DNA of 64,000 bases, taken from positions 26,797-90,796 of the forward strand of contig CAYTNS010000002.1 of NCBI GenBank assembly GCA_964439345.1, written 5' to 3'. Within the stretch, counting starts at the first letter, position 1; each line of letters starts with the position of its first letter. The translations under genes and the position numbers were made by a program. Under the pieces are notes generated by a model. The model was not told the origin of the DNA and made no database searches. It saw nothing but the letters and a program-made list of their open reading frames with translations. This document shows positions 1 through 10,354 of this stretch, one piece after another. This stretch comes from an uncultured Christensenella sp. Its GTDB lineage: Bacteria; Bacillota; Clostridia; Christensenellales; UBA1242.

Positions 1-2035
1 CTGCCTCTTTTTCACGATAGTAATCAAATACATTTTTGATAGTATTAACATCACAAACACCGGCTAGATTACCTAGAGTATTTGCCCCTGCCTGAGCCTC
101 AATAGCACCTATAAATTCCTCAGCGCTCTTTCCACTCTTTTTAAAGCCATCATATAGTTCAGCAACGAAATTATTGCCTTCCTCTAACATTGTGATTGCT
201 CTATCCTGCATAGCATAAGCTTCCATAGCACTCTCAAATGTCATATTATTTGGTAGTGCAACACCTAGCGAATAAGGGCCTACATCGGGAAGCATATCCA
301 CTTTAGCTACATGTTGTGCACCGTTTGAAGGTTCTTTTGGCTCATTTTGAGTTTCTTCTTTTTCAGCCTCTTCTTCTGGCTCTTCTTGCCCGGCAGTCTT
401 TTCCATCTCGCCCGACATAAATTTACTGAAATCTTCTTTTGTAAGCCAAGCCTCACCCTTGTCATCTACTAGGTCATCATTTAATATGAGTTCGCCATTT
501 TCAAATGAAATATGTTTTGCTAGTTCCTCATAGAATCGTTTGGAATTTAATTCGCCATTTAGTACATGAGGACATCTCATTTGAGCAGTCTTATTCTCTT
601 TTAGCGATTCATTAACTAAAGAATGTAATGCCTGATATTGAGTAAGCAATTCATTTTTCTTTTGCAATTCTGCTATGGACTTAGATAAACTAGCTGGAAT
701 TGCTTGTCTAGATTGCGTATAAAGGTTTGCTCTCTCCTGCAAAGAAGTAAGCATACCTTGATATTTATCACTTATAGCCTGTGCAGCATTTTCATTGGCA
801 TCAGCTAAATCTTGAGCCCTATCTACTACACTCTCGTGATAAGCCTCTATTTTGCCTACTCTTCTACGATTCATAAGAGTATTAGAAGCATCAGATGTTA
901 GCATTCCTGCATAATCTGGTACTTTTCTTAAATTGACAAATCCTCCCCTCTCCAATTCAGTGACATTTGCCTTAGCAACACTAGCAATTCTTAAATCATC
1001 AAGGAATAAATCTGGATTTCTAGACATATTGTAGGCTTCCCATTCTGGGGAATCTACACTAAATTGCCTTTGAGCTCTAAGCAATACTTCCTTATCCAAT
1101 CTTCTTTTTGAGGTATTGCCAATCAATTCTTTTTCTACAAAGTATGTAAATAGTCCCTTAGGAGTAATTGTTTGTGCTTTTTTAGTTTCAATCGCCGATT
1201 TTATTGATTCAATTTTCTTTTGTTGCTTAGCAATATCGCTCTCCGATGGAGCATACATTCCACCAGCCTTTAGGTTATCCCTCATATTGCCTAAGATTTC
1301 TTCGGCTTCGGCTAGTTCCCTTTCTTCCTTTTCGTAAGAAACGCCACCAGTACGAATGTAATTATTTATAAATGATGTAGTCGCCTCACGCGAAATTCTA
1401 GCATATTGAACTACACCACTAGCATCTTTGTATGGTAATCCACCATTAGGAACTTCCTTTACCTCAAAAGTGCCATCGGCTTTTTTAGTAATATCCATTC
1501 CCATATAGGCAAATGCCGATAACAAATCTTCATTTGGGTCTTTACTTATAGAAGGCTCAGGGACTTCGCTCTTTTTTACATCTTCATTAGCAAATGTAGC
1601 CATATGAAGAGCACTAGCCATTTTATCGAACCCTCTAAGGCCTTTTAACCAATCTTGATATTCGGCATTAAGGGAATTGTGTTCACCTTTTATACTCTTA
1701 AATTTAGATAGGTGCAAATCAAAAGACCTGATTAAATCGTCGTACGCTCTAGCTTGTGCTAGGTCTCCACCCATCGCTTTAAATCTTTCTATAGCTGATT
1801 CACTTGGGTGGGTAAGTCCTTTTAACCCATCAAAGATATTACGGTCTTCACCTGTTAACTGGTCTCCAACAGACTCATAGTGCAAATTAAGTCCACCCAT
1901 TATTGATTCTATCGTGTTACCACGAGCAGACATAATTTTATCGACCGATTCTTTTAGTTTATCTTTAGCCTTAACAAAAGCACCAGCCTTTTTTACTGAG
2001 GAGATATCTGCCATTTCTTCAAATATTTGTGCCAT
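1..2035 (-). CDS. Large hypothetical protein, truncated by the window edge (678 codons visible); last visible gene of the T4SS-like cluster
   Basis: Absent from the ORF track because its stop lies left of position 1. Manual minus-strand translation from the ATG at 2035-2033 (MAQIFEEMADISSVKKAGAFVKAKDKLKES...) met no stop down to position 1. An AGGAAGGA RBS sits at 2043-2050, 7 nt upstream. An acidic E-rich patch occurs near nt 330-420. No TM segment, signal peptide or catalytic motif was recognised. Confidence 0.7.
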   Translation of the reverse strand, partial: MAQIFEEMADISSVKKAGAFVKAKDKLKESVDKIMSARGNTIESIMGGLNLHYESVGDQLTGEDRNIFDGLKGLTHPSESAIERFKAMGGDLAQARAYDDLIRSFDLHLSKFKSIKGEHNSLNAEYQDWLKGLRGFDKMASALHMATFANEDVKKSEVPEPSISKDPNEDLLSAFAYMGMDITKKADGTFEVKEVPNGGLPYKDASGVVQYARISREATTSFINNYIRTGGVSYEKEERELAEAEEILGNMRDNLKAGGMYAPSESDIAKQQKKIESIKSAIETKKAQTITPKGLFTYFVEKELIGNTSKRRLDKEVLLRAQRQFSVDSPEWEAYNMSRNPDLFLDDLRIASVAKANVTELERGGFVNLRKVPDYAGMLTSDASNTLMNRRRVGKIEAYHESVVDRAQDLADANENAAQAISDKYQGMLTSLQERANLYTQSRQAIPASLSKSIAELQKKNELLTQYQALHSLVNESLKENKTAQMRCPHVLNGELNSKRFYEELAKHISFENGELILNDDLVDDKGEAWLTKEDFSKFMSGEMEKTAGQEEPEEEAEKEETQNEPKEPSNGAQHVAKVDMLPDVGPYSLGVALPNNMTFESAMEAYAMQDRAITMLEEGNNFVAELYDGFKKSGKSAEEFIGAIEAQAGANTLGNLAGVCDVNTIKNVFDYYREKEA

Positions 2036-2112
2036 AATATTATCCTTCCTAATTGTATATTTGTATTAGTAATCTAAAATGTTATAGCAAAATGTAATCT
2101 TAATACACTTAT

Positions 2113-2141
2113 ATTATATCATAAATACTACGCATTTTCAA
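2113..2141 (-). promoter_or_regulatory. Sigma-70-type promoter for the edge-truncated gene
   Basis: The minus strand reads TTGAAA (2141-2136), a 17-nt spacer, then TATAAT (2118-2113), inside the 129-bp gap after the 1645-aa gene. Confidence 0.5.
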
Positions 2142-2164
2142 GACCTACATTTTGCTAAAAACAC

Positions 2165-5100
2165 CTAAAATACTATTTGCTCCGACTTCTTCCTATCAAA
2201 GAACTTTATAAACATATCTTTGATATTAGATACGGCAGATTTGTAGAAACTATCACTATTTAATTTAGCATAAACATCTTCTACCGTTTTTGCACTCTTT
2301 AGCCCTTCTAAAACGGTCGATATGGTCTCACCTAATTCTAGATAAGTGCCATCATCGGAAAGGGTGGAGAATTGCATAATTAGGTTTACGCCCAATTCCT
2401 CCGAACTTAAGTCCAAAGCAACATCTTTTATATCTTTGGCAATTTCACCTAGGTGCTGAGTATTTTTAAGTTCATTTATAATGTAATCAAATGAATCGGT
2501 CTCCTCGCCCCTATTCATAATGGTTCTGAATATATATTGCTGTAATAATCCCTTGATATTACATCTAATAGTCTGTCCAATAGGCAATTTAATCTCAAAT
2601 GTACTTACATCTGCATCTTCACTGATATTTCCCACAATATCTAGTGCCTCTGCAATCCCCTTCATATCTTCTTTTAGCAGTACATCATCTTTGCTATCTA
2701 GCGCCTCGTAGAATCCCTGCCTAATTCCAGCATAGATGATATCTATATTGTGCACATCTGCACCTACTGATTTATCACTATAATGTTTTTCCTCAGGAGC
2801 ATCTACAAAGTCTACATTGTCTCTAGAATTTTCATCTACAACTATATCTAATTCAAAGTATCTAGCAGTCTCAATCTCGTAACCACTTAGTCTAGCACTA
2901 TCCTTTATCTTATCTATTAGATAGGTTCTCATATTTTTCTTGACTTCGTCAAATTCTTTGATAAATTCCTTAGTTGCAATCCTTTCATCTTTCTCAAATT
3001 CTGACATCATTTGAGTTAGAGCATAGAATCTAAACGAATTCATATACACATTAATCATCTTTCTAGGACTAGTAAGCTCGGGGTGAACTTCGCTATTATC
3101 TTCCGATTTGGCTATAAAATCGCCCTCAAGTTTATCTATAGCTGACCTCTTTTCCTCAGGATATCTAGATTCAAAATCAGATATCATATCTATTTCTTCT
3201 ACTATGTATAGCATCTTATTGGCATATATTAGATACTGCTTGTCCAATTTTTCCACAAAGTCTTCGTATCTATCCACCCTCTGGGTCATAATGCTCCTAA
3301 TAACCGATGTTATCATACTAATAGTATTCTCATCTAAGCCCTTGAAGAAATTATTGATTTTCTGCAAACTAAGCATATTATTATCATAAAAATCTTCTTT
3401 TAATTTGGTCTTATTAGGGTCAATGCCGTACTTTTTGCCAAATGCCAATTGCAAAGCATACTCTTTGGCTTTTTCCTTGCTGACTAAGAATCTTTTCCTT
3501 AAGAACCAAGTATCGTCCTCATAATCTGATGGTTGCATATCGTCACTAACTACGATATTTTCTGTTACTTTGCTATCTACCTTTTTAGTAGCACTAGCAT
3601 TGTAATCTAGCCTCAAGGCATCTACCATATTCTCCATAAATTTCACCCCACCCTTTAGTGGATTTGGCTTAATTCTTAGGAGAATTTTATTATTAGCACC
3701 ATTGAATGGATATAATGTTCCGAATAGATTGGTTACATCATTATCCAATTCATCAAATAATGCACTATTTCTCTTAGTAAGTAATAAATTTTGTTCGTAA
3801 GATAATGTTCTACCCAACCTTAATATCTCATCGGCTAATTCCTTTTGACCGAAGTACACATTCCTAGGATAAGAGGTTAATCCTCCATCGGTAGAATCGT
3901 TTTTATCAATAATAACATTTTGAGCTGAAATTGAGAAACTCAAATAGTCTAGCATTCTAGAGTAGATGGCATCACTATCTAGTTGTACCATAGGCAATTC
4001 TTTCGACTCTAATTTGCCTATAAGTGTATCAACATAATTTTGCTTCATCTTGCCCGAATACTTCTCGTAATTTCTAGCAGTTTGGGTATCTCCTGTAATA
4101 ATCTTGGCTAGACTGCCTAGCATATTAAGAGCGACCTCTAGTCCATCTCTGATACTCTCTGGCAACCCACTATCAATATCACCATTGATTCTATTTTCAA
4201 TAATTATCTTTAATAGGTCAAAATCAATGCTACCCATTATCTCATCAAAATCTGATGCCACTAGCGAACTAGCAGTCTTATCTATATGCCTCTCTAGTGC
4301 TGGGGCTATATTTTTATTTAGATCAATGCTAGATATTACACTATCGTCTACTGTTACATTTGACCTACCAAGGCTTACCTTTAATGCACGGCACTTTAGG
4401 TCGGAGATAATATCATCGGCTGTAGCCTTTGCCTCAATTTTACCCGTAATATACGCATTTAGTAGGTTCCCCTTGGTCTCTACTAGGTAACTATATCTTT
4501 CGTAAGTAGCGAATGCCTCTAGGCTATTGCCATATACATTCACACCATCTTTTTGATAAGCCACTAGATATGGGATAATAGATGGCTCTACCCCACCCAT
4601 ATCATTATCTGGCATATTTACATAGTTTGTATCAACTGGGAATATATCAATATTACTTGCCTTTTGCGATGGGGTCTCTTCCTCGTTAGTAGTGGTCTCA
4701 TCATCAATATCAAGAGAATCAATATCGGTAGTCTCCGTCTCCCCCTCATAACCTAGCATTTGAGAGAATATATCATCACCCTTAGCTGGAGCATCGGCTT
4801 TGGTAAAGGTAATATCTGCCTCGGGATTTTCCTCCTCAGCAGTAGTAAATACTACACCCTTTCTCCTCTCCAATTCCCTCTTTTTATCTTCCAAAAGCAA
4901 TTCAATTAATTCTCTGGTCAAATCATTATCTAAGCCCAATGAATTAGTATTACTGCCTTGTGGATAAACAGGGGTCGTTTGTGGATTTGCCACTTGTGGA
5001 TTCTGAACTTCTACTACATTAGGAGTTGCCACATTTTGCATAGGAGCTACTTGAGCACCACTAGCATTAGGAGTAGTAGCACTTAGTGCAGATAGATTAT

Positions 5101-7102
5101 CGGCAATTTTTTCTAGAACCTCGGGATTAATCTCCTTAGTTAGCTTAACTCCATTTGTAGGCTCAACTGTATCTGTAGCCCTAGAAGCATCTAATTTTCT
5201 TAGTTTCTTTTCGTAATCTTTTTGGACTTTTAATTTCTTTAATTCTCCCCTAATATCGCCAAAATCGCCATTAATTTCGTTTACAAGTTCGGCTTTGGAT
5301 TCTGATTTTTGCTCAGTCTTAGGGGTTTTATTTATATCCTCTGCGTGGGCATCTTGAGAATACTGCTCACTGCATAATTTCTCAATTTCTTTGTCTATCT
5401 CGATTAAAGTATATTGCTTTTTGATAGCCTTTTTATCTTCCACACCATTTAATTCTATCTTGCCTTTCTCAATCTTTAGGGTTGGCTCTACTACCTTAGA
5501 TAATGTCGCCTTAATAGAATTTACGATTTCCTCGGCAGGAATAGGTTTTTTAAGAAGTTTTGCCCTCTCCTTTTTAAGAGCTATATCGGTATCTAATAGA
5601 GTATCATAGTACTTAGATAAGCATAGTACACGCCTAAATTTATTCCTGCTGGATAAAAAGTCACTATTAGCCTTTTTGTACTCTTCCGAATTTAATTTAT
5701 CTTGAACTTTTTCTAGTTGCTTTTGATAAAATTTAATCTCTTTGGAATTATCAGCTGTGGTGTCTTTAGAAAGCCTAGCAATCTGACTCTCGTAGTCATT
5801 CTTCTTCTCTAAATATCCACCCCTTTGCTCGTCTAGAACTCTATGAATTTTACTCTTCTTCATATAATCCACAGCTAGTTCGTCGGTTACTTCACCCCTG
5901 TAGGATTTAAGCTCTTGCAAAGTGCTATGTAGTGCACTAATAGCTCTAAAGGATATATCTTCTAGCCCCTCTAGATACTTAGCCTCATCACCCAATTCAT
6001 TTAGGTCTACATCTAAGCCAAAATCTTTGGAGACATTTCCAGCCTTATAGTCAGGATTATTTATCTGCTCCTCACTTAGTACCCCGTTATCATTGACAAC
6101 ACCCGATAGCGATGAGCCTATAACCATCTTTTTGGCTAGTTCATTGTGAGTAACTTTATTTGTCTTTTTCTCTTCCTCTGGCTCGTGCTCTTTTTTGAAA
6201 GTCTGCCATTTTTTTGAGTGCCTACTGTAATTTTTGATTACATTCTTAAAGTACACAGTTGGGTCTTTGAAAGTTAGTGCCGAACCGAATAATTTCTTTA
6301 AGTCCTCCACACTGGCTGTAGATATGCCTAGGCTCTCCTCTGCTTCTCTAATATAATCGGCAAAGACCTGACTGGCTGTAATAAACTTTCTAGATTCAAT
6401 TGGCTTATTCAAAAATTCATTTATGTACTTATTGCAGGTCTTTTTAGATAAAGCAAAAGATTTCTCCGATTTACCCACAAAGTACTTAATGCCATTGCCA
6501 TTCCTATTTTTTACAATGCTATATGTGCCTAGGTCGTCTTTCTCGATAGTAACACCAACATAATTAAGAGCATTCACTATATCCCTATCCTGCTCGTCCT
6601 TACTTTTCTTGCCCTTAGTAGTAGACTTTTCTTCATCAGATGGCATTATAGCGCCCTCTATATCAGAGGCAGTGTGCAAGTCAATATGGCTAAGAGTTTC
6701 CTTGGTATTTAGAATTGGCAAATATTTCTTAAGAGCCTCGTTATAAGCCTCTACCTTCTTTATCTCAATAGACGCATCTTTGCCGTCAGATAGTAGAGAA
6801 GAAATAGTGTGTAGTAGATTGCCTCTCCTATTTAGAATTTTAACCACTAGCCTAATATCCTTAGGTAGCATACCCGTCATATATTTTAGCTCGGTTGGCA
6901 AAATTCTGTACGACCTATCTACGTTTTCTGGCTCGGCAGTTTTATCCGATTTTTTCTTCTTATCGTAATTTTTTATGTAATTCTTAATAAGCAAAAGAAG
7001 CCTATCCTTATCGGTAGGCCACGAAAACCAAGTATGTGAAAATAATTCACACCCTTTTTTACTTATTTTTTTTACTTCCATTTTTCTATTTTTTATAACC
7101 AC
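2165..7102 (-). CDS. Giant hypothetical protein (1645 aa), soluble, function unknown
   Basis: Uninterrupted ORF with a GTG start at 7102 and a GGAG RBS 6 nt upstream. The N-terminal half is K/E-rich and coiled-coil-like. A Q/P/N/V-rich stretch then a D/E/T-rich linker is encoded around nt 4660-5100. No Walker A, HExxH, relaxase His-triad, LPXTG, TM or signal peptide was seen by eye. Confidence 0.85.
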   Translation of the reverse strand: MVIKNRKMEVKKISKKGCELFSHTWFSWPTDKDRLLLLIKNYIKNYDKKKKSDKTAEPENVDRSYRILPTELKYMTGMLPKDIRLVVKILNRRGNLLHTISSLLSDGKDASIEIKKVEAYNEALKKYLPILNTKETLSHIDLHTASDIEGAIMPSDEEKSTTKGKKSKDEQDRDIVNALNYVGVTIEKDDLGTYSIVKNRNGNGIKYFVGKSEKSFALSKKTCNKYINEFLNKPIESRKFITASQVFADYIREAEESLGISTASVEDLKKLFGSALTFKDPTVYFKNVIKNYSRHSKKWQTFKKEHEPEEEKKTNKVTHNELAKKMVIGSSLSGVVNDNGVLSEEQINNPDYKAGNVSKDFGLDVDLNELGDEAKYLEGLEDISFRAISALHSTLQELKSYRGEVTDELAVDYMKKSKIHRVLDEQRGGYLEKKNDYESQIARLSKDTTADNSKEIKFYQKQLEKVQDKLNSEEYKKANSDFLSSRNKFRRVLCLSKYYDTLLDTDIALKKERAKLLKKPIPAEEIVNSIKATLSKVVEPTLKIEKGKIELNGVEDKKAIKKQYTLIEIDKEIEKLCSEQYSQDAHAEDINKTPKTEQKSESKAELVNEINGDFGDIRGELKKLKVQKDYEKKLRKLDASRATDTVEPTNGVKLTKEINPEVLEKIADNLSALSATTPNASGAQVAPMQNVATPNVVEVQNPQVANPQTTPVYPQGSNTNSLGLDNDLTRELIELLLEDKKRELERRKGVVFTTAEEENPEADITFTKADAPAKGDDIFSQMLGYEGETETTDIDSLDIDDETTTNEEETPSQKASNIDIFPVDTNYVNMPDNDMGGVEPSIIPYLVAYQKDGVNVYGNSLEAFATYERYSYLVETKGNLLNAYITGKIEAKATADDIISDLKCRALKVSLGRSNVTVDDSVISSIDLNKNIAPALERHIDKTASSLVASDFDEIMGSIDFDLLKIIIENRINGDIDSGLPESIRDGLEVALNMLGSLAKIITGDTQTARNYEKYSGKMKQNYVDTLIGKLESKELPMVQLDSDAIYSRMLDYLSFSISAQNVIIDKNDSTDGGLTSYPRNVYFGQKELADEILRLGRTLSYEQNLLLTKRNSALFDELDNDVTNLFGTLYPFNGANNKILLRIKPNPLKGGVKFMENMVDALRLDYNASATKKVDSKVTENIVVSDDMQPSDYEDDTWFLRKRFLVSKEKAKEYALQLAFGKKYGIDPNKTKLKEDFYDNNMLSLQKINNFFKGLDENTISMITSVIRSIMTQRVDRYEDFVEKLDKQYLIYANKMLYIVEEIDMISDFESRYPEEKRSAIDKLEGDFIAKSEDNSEVHPELTSPRKMINVYMNSFRFYALTQMMSEFEKDERIATKEFIKEFDEVKKNMRTYLIDKIKDSARLSGYEIETARYFELDIVVDENSRDNVDFVDAPEEKHYSDKSVGADVHNIDIIYAGIRQGFYEALDSKDDVLLKEDMKGIAEALDIVGNISEDADVSTFEIKLPIGQTIRCNIKGLLQQYIFRTIMNRGEETDSFDYIINELKNTQHLGEIAKDIKDVALDLSSEELGVNLIMQFSTLSDDGTYLELGETISTVLEGLKSAKTVEDVYAKLNSDSFYKSAVSNIKDMFIKFFDRKKSEQIVF

Positions 7103-7202
7103 AGTTTTCTCCGTAAATATAACAAATCAAATTTAATATACTCCCCTATATGAGGCTAAAATTTACACCTCATATAGTAGAATATCTTTATATTCAAACT
7201 AA

Positions 7203-9890
7203 TTAATATTCAGTTTGAAGTGCTTTTAAATAATTAGGGTTATTAAATAATTCCTTAGTTGTATTAAGTGCTTCTATCTGTACAGTTGTTCTATTCATAG
7301 GACCTGTAATCAAGAAACACTGACCACGACCGGCTGTAACTATGGAGTTCTGCTCCTCCTCATTTATACCACCGGCATTTCTATATAGAGTGATAAGGTC
7401 ATTGATATCGGCTGGGGCTAGTGACATTATTATAGAATACTGACAGGCATTGATAACGGCTGTAGATTGCTGAGCAATTTCTTCCGAACCAACGAAGTCT
7501 TTGATATTCTGTGTAATGATTATTAGCATTCCACTATATTTTCTTATACGTTTAGCCATCTGCGCCATAAAGTCTAGCGCTATTGGGAATTTCTTATTGA
7601 TAAATACGTGCGCCTCATCAACTGCACATATAACTCTACGCTTATCCTCTTCGGCAGCCTGTTCACCGATGTACTTTAGGTTAAAGTCACGGTTCTTGAT
7701 AATCTCGGCATCTAGGTACTTAAATACTAGTAACATCTGCGCATTAGCGATAATATCATTTCTATTGGAAATAAGTGTACGGAAGGAGAAACATATAAAG
7801 TTCTCATTGGTTTCAACAGATGTGTAACCATTCCATAGGTTGGAGTTACGACCACCTGTACCGAATTTCTCAATAAACATTCTAACTGTCTGCAAATTTT
7901 TGTAGTGATACTCATTGGTCTCCACCTCTAGCATATCATCAACCATTTGAATTAAATCATCAAATATTGGGAAATCACTAGGCTTTAGGTCGGCAACATT
8001 GACCGTACTATCTATGCCAAATTTTCTGTAAAGAGTAGCAATCAAGGAGTTCAACATCTCAAAGGCATCGGTATTGATACCCGGTAATATCAGTCTAAAG
8101 AATTGTTCCATAAACTGCAAGTGCTCATTGAAGGCATCGGTCGATTCACCCGTTTCTGCCTCAAGGGTTGCGTAAATATGGAAAGGATTAAAGATACCAT
8201 TGGTAGAGTTACCTACGTCAATTATCTTACCACCTAGGTTGTGACAAAGTATCTCGTACTCATTCTCGGGGTCAAGAATAAATACACGGGTATTATCTGC
8301 TGCGAAATTGGTAAGCAAGGTCTTGGTACAATACGATTTACCCGAACCAGATTTACCTATAACCATCATATTACTATTAACTCTTTCATTGTTTCTAGCA
8401 AAGAAATTTGCAAATACTGGATATTGATTGTATCCAATGTAAATACCTCTATCATCGTGCAAAGTGGTAGATACAAATGGGAAACATGCAGCAAGGGAAG
8501 ATGTGTGTATTCCTCTGCCATAAGGCTTAGCTAGGGTATCTAGTCTAGAAATATTACTAGATATAAATCCATCTACTTGTCTAGCGAAGTTCTCGGCGAA
8601 TTTGAAACCATTCTGTCTAAGAACTGCCCTAACCTCTTTTTTAACGGCATCTTTGGCTACAATATGAATAGTTGTATTGTAAAGCTGCTCATTTGAACCC
8701 TTGATACCTTTCAAAAGTTCTTTTAAGGTCTCAATGTGTTGCTCAACGTCAATCTTTTCGGAGCTACGCATATTTTTCTGTTGTTTAATCTCCATCTCCA
8801 TCAAAGATTTATCTAGGTCTTTTTCGGCCCTGTATCTATCTATAGGAGATATATTAACTACTACCCTACTCTCATCTAGAGCAAATAGTGGATATGCCCA
8901 CGCATTAGGTACTTCGATAGGATAATCGGTAATGGAGAATATTCTGTATTTCTCACCATCAATTTTGGTGGTCTTTAGGTCAAATCTAACTTCATCGGGA
9001 TAAGTCCACGCAGCCTTTTCGTTTAGGGAAAGAAGTTCAATCTCTCTTTCGTCAAAGTTACTGCAATAGGTAGACTTCATAAATACATATAGCTGGTCAC
9101 CTGTAACAATCTCGGTGTAAATAGGAGTAACCGAACTTTCAAGCGTACTAACTATACCATTTACAGTATTATTAAGTGCGTCTCTATCGGTATCGTAGAT
9201 AACCATATAGTAGTGGTCCTTAATAATCTTTTCGGTATCATTCATAAATTTAATAGCCTGTAACCTTTCGTCAAATACTGGGCTACGGCTATCTAGTTCG
9301 GCTGCCGAATAGAAACCTTTTTCGTACATATCATTTAGGACATTGAATCTATAGTCCTCGTACTTAGCCATATCATCTAGTACCATTGGCTTCTTTACCT
9401 TGACAATACTACACTGCTGATTTAGGTTAAGTCTCTGAATAGCTGTAGCAAAAGCATTGATAGTCATATCCTGCTTATCTTCGGTAAGCAATCCAAATGA
9501 CATAGGATATATCTCAATTACACTACCATAGTACTCACCGAATTTTAAGAATCTATCGGTATTGATATCATCGAATGGCATAATATTTTTAATATTCTTG
9601 CTACCAGTAGCTTTCTTGGAATAATACTTATTGTATGCCATAAATTTAAAGGATAGGAATAAGGCATTGTACATTCTTAAGTTATCGCCCATCTCCAAAA
9701 ATAACATAGCATAAGCACCAGCAAAGAATAGCGCTGCATAGATATTGTACCACATCTGACTAAACATATTGGTAGTGGCAATTAGCACTGCTATAGCTAG
9801 ACCTATCAAAATAAATATAGCATCTAGGATAGTGAAATTCCTAAATATTGTTACTTTAACTTTGGTCCTTCTAGGAATAAATCTCATCAT
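7203..9890 (-). CDS. VirB4/TraE/TcpF-type conjugal-transfer ATPase with an N-terminal VirB3-like two-helix membrane module
   Basis: Walker A is MVIGKSGSGKSY and the Walker B-like motif is ICAVDEAHVF. The 895-aa size is typical of VirB4. The N-terminus (KVKVTIFRNFTILDAIFILIGLAIAVLI...YAALFFAGAYAMLFL) resembles VirB3/PrgI/TcpE-type modules. Confidence 0.85.
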   Translation of the reverse strand: MMRFIPRRTKVKVTIFRNFTILDAIFILIGLAIAVLIATTNMFSQMWYNIYAALFFAGAYAMLFLEMGDNLRMYNALFLSFKFMAYNKYYSKKATGSKNIKNIMPFDDINTDRFLKFGEYYGSVIEIYPMSFGLLTEDKQDMTINAFATAIQRLNLNQQCSIVKVKKPMVLDDMAKYEDYRFNVLNDMYEKGFYSAAELDSRSPVFDERLQAIKFMNDTEKIIKDHYYMVIYDTDRDALNNTVNGIVSTLESSVTPIYTEIVTGDQLYVFMKSTYCSNFDEREIELLSLNEKAAWTYPDEVRFDLKTTKIDGEKYRIFSITDYPIEVPNAWAYPLFALDESRVVVNISPIDRYRAEKDLDKSLMEMEIKQQKNMRSSEKIDVEQHIETLKELLKGIKGSNEQLYNTTIHIVAKDAVKKEVRAVLRQNGFKFAENFARQVDGFISSNISRLDTLAKPYGRGIHTSSLAACFPFVSTTLHDDRGIYIGYNQYPVFANFFARNNERVNSNMMVIGKSGSGKSYCTKTLLTNFAADNTRVFILDPENEYEILCHNLGGKIIDVGNSTNGIFNPFHIYATLEAETGESTDAFNEHLQFMEQFFRLILPGINTDAFEMLNSLIATLYRKFGIDSTVNVADLKPSDFPIFDDLIQMVDDMLEVETNEYHYKNLQTVRMFIEKFGTGGRNSNLWNGYTSVETNENFICFSFRTLISNRNDIIANAQMLLVFKYLDAEIIKNRDFNLKYIGEQAAEEDKRRVICAVDEAHVFINKKFPIALDFMAQMAKRIRKYSGMLIIITQNIKDFVGSEEIAQQSTAVINACQYSIIMSLAPADINDLITLYRNAGGINEEEQNSIVTAGRGQCFLITGPMNRTTVQIEALNTTKELFNNPNYLKALQTEY

Positions 9891-10097
9891 AATCGTGTAT
9901 CTCCATTTTTCACATAATACATTTGCATCTAGTTATCTGCCCTAGCGCCTATAAAAATACTACAAGCACCTAGTAATTTTAATCATCAAACTCTTCTCAT
10001 TTATTTTTTGAAAAAAGTCCACAAATAATGCAAATATACACTTATATATTTTAGTATACTATAATCGCCCAAATTAACAAAATATTTTAGCCAAATT

Positions 10098-10300
10098 ATT
10101 TATAATTTATTATAAATAAAAATGAAGCGTAATTTATAATTGTTATAAATGAAAGCAAAAGTGGCGTTTATATTTGTTATAAATAAAGCAAAAGCAATGT
10201 TTACGGCGATTAAAGATAAAAATGTTAAAGATATTTATAATTATCAAAAACAAAAATAAAGACATTGTTTGTAGTTGTTATAGAAAAAAATAAAAGTCCT
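10098..10300. repeat. About six degenerate tandem repeats of 33-34 bp, three of which have a perfect or near-perfect palindromic core
   Basis: Units start at about 10099, 10133, 10167, 10200, 10234 and 10268. The cores are ATTTATAA-ttta-TTATAAAT (10098-10117), ATTTATAA-ttg-TTATAAAT (10132-10150) and gTTTATAt-ttg-TTATAAAT (10166-10184). Each core is followed by AAAGCAAAAG-like sequence. Confidence 0.7.
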
Positions 10301-10354
10301 GCACACACGAAAATATTCTCCCTCAAAATACCTACTAACTTACCCAATTGCATA

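Noticed and set aside
2520-6968. Several 60-130-aa + strand ORFs inside the 1645-aa gene (2520-2711, 3108-3389, 4104-4490, 5391-5609, 6780-6968). Similar antisense ORFs occur inside virB4-like, nrdD, pheT, argS, dnaE, pfkA and other genes.
   Set aside because: They lie fully antisense to long, motif-supported or uninterrupted ORFs. They lack RBSs and have the Ser/Leu/Ile-rich composition typical of antisense reading of AT-rich genes.
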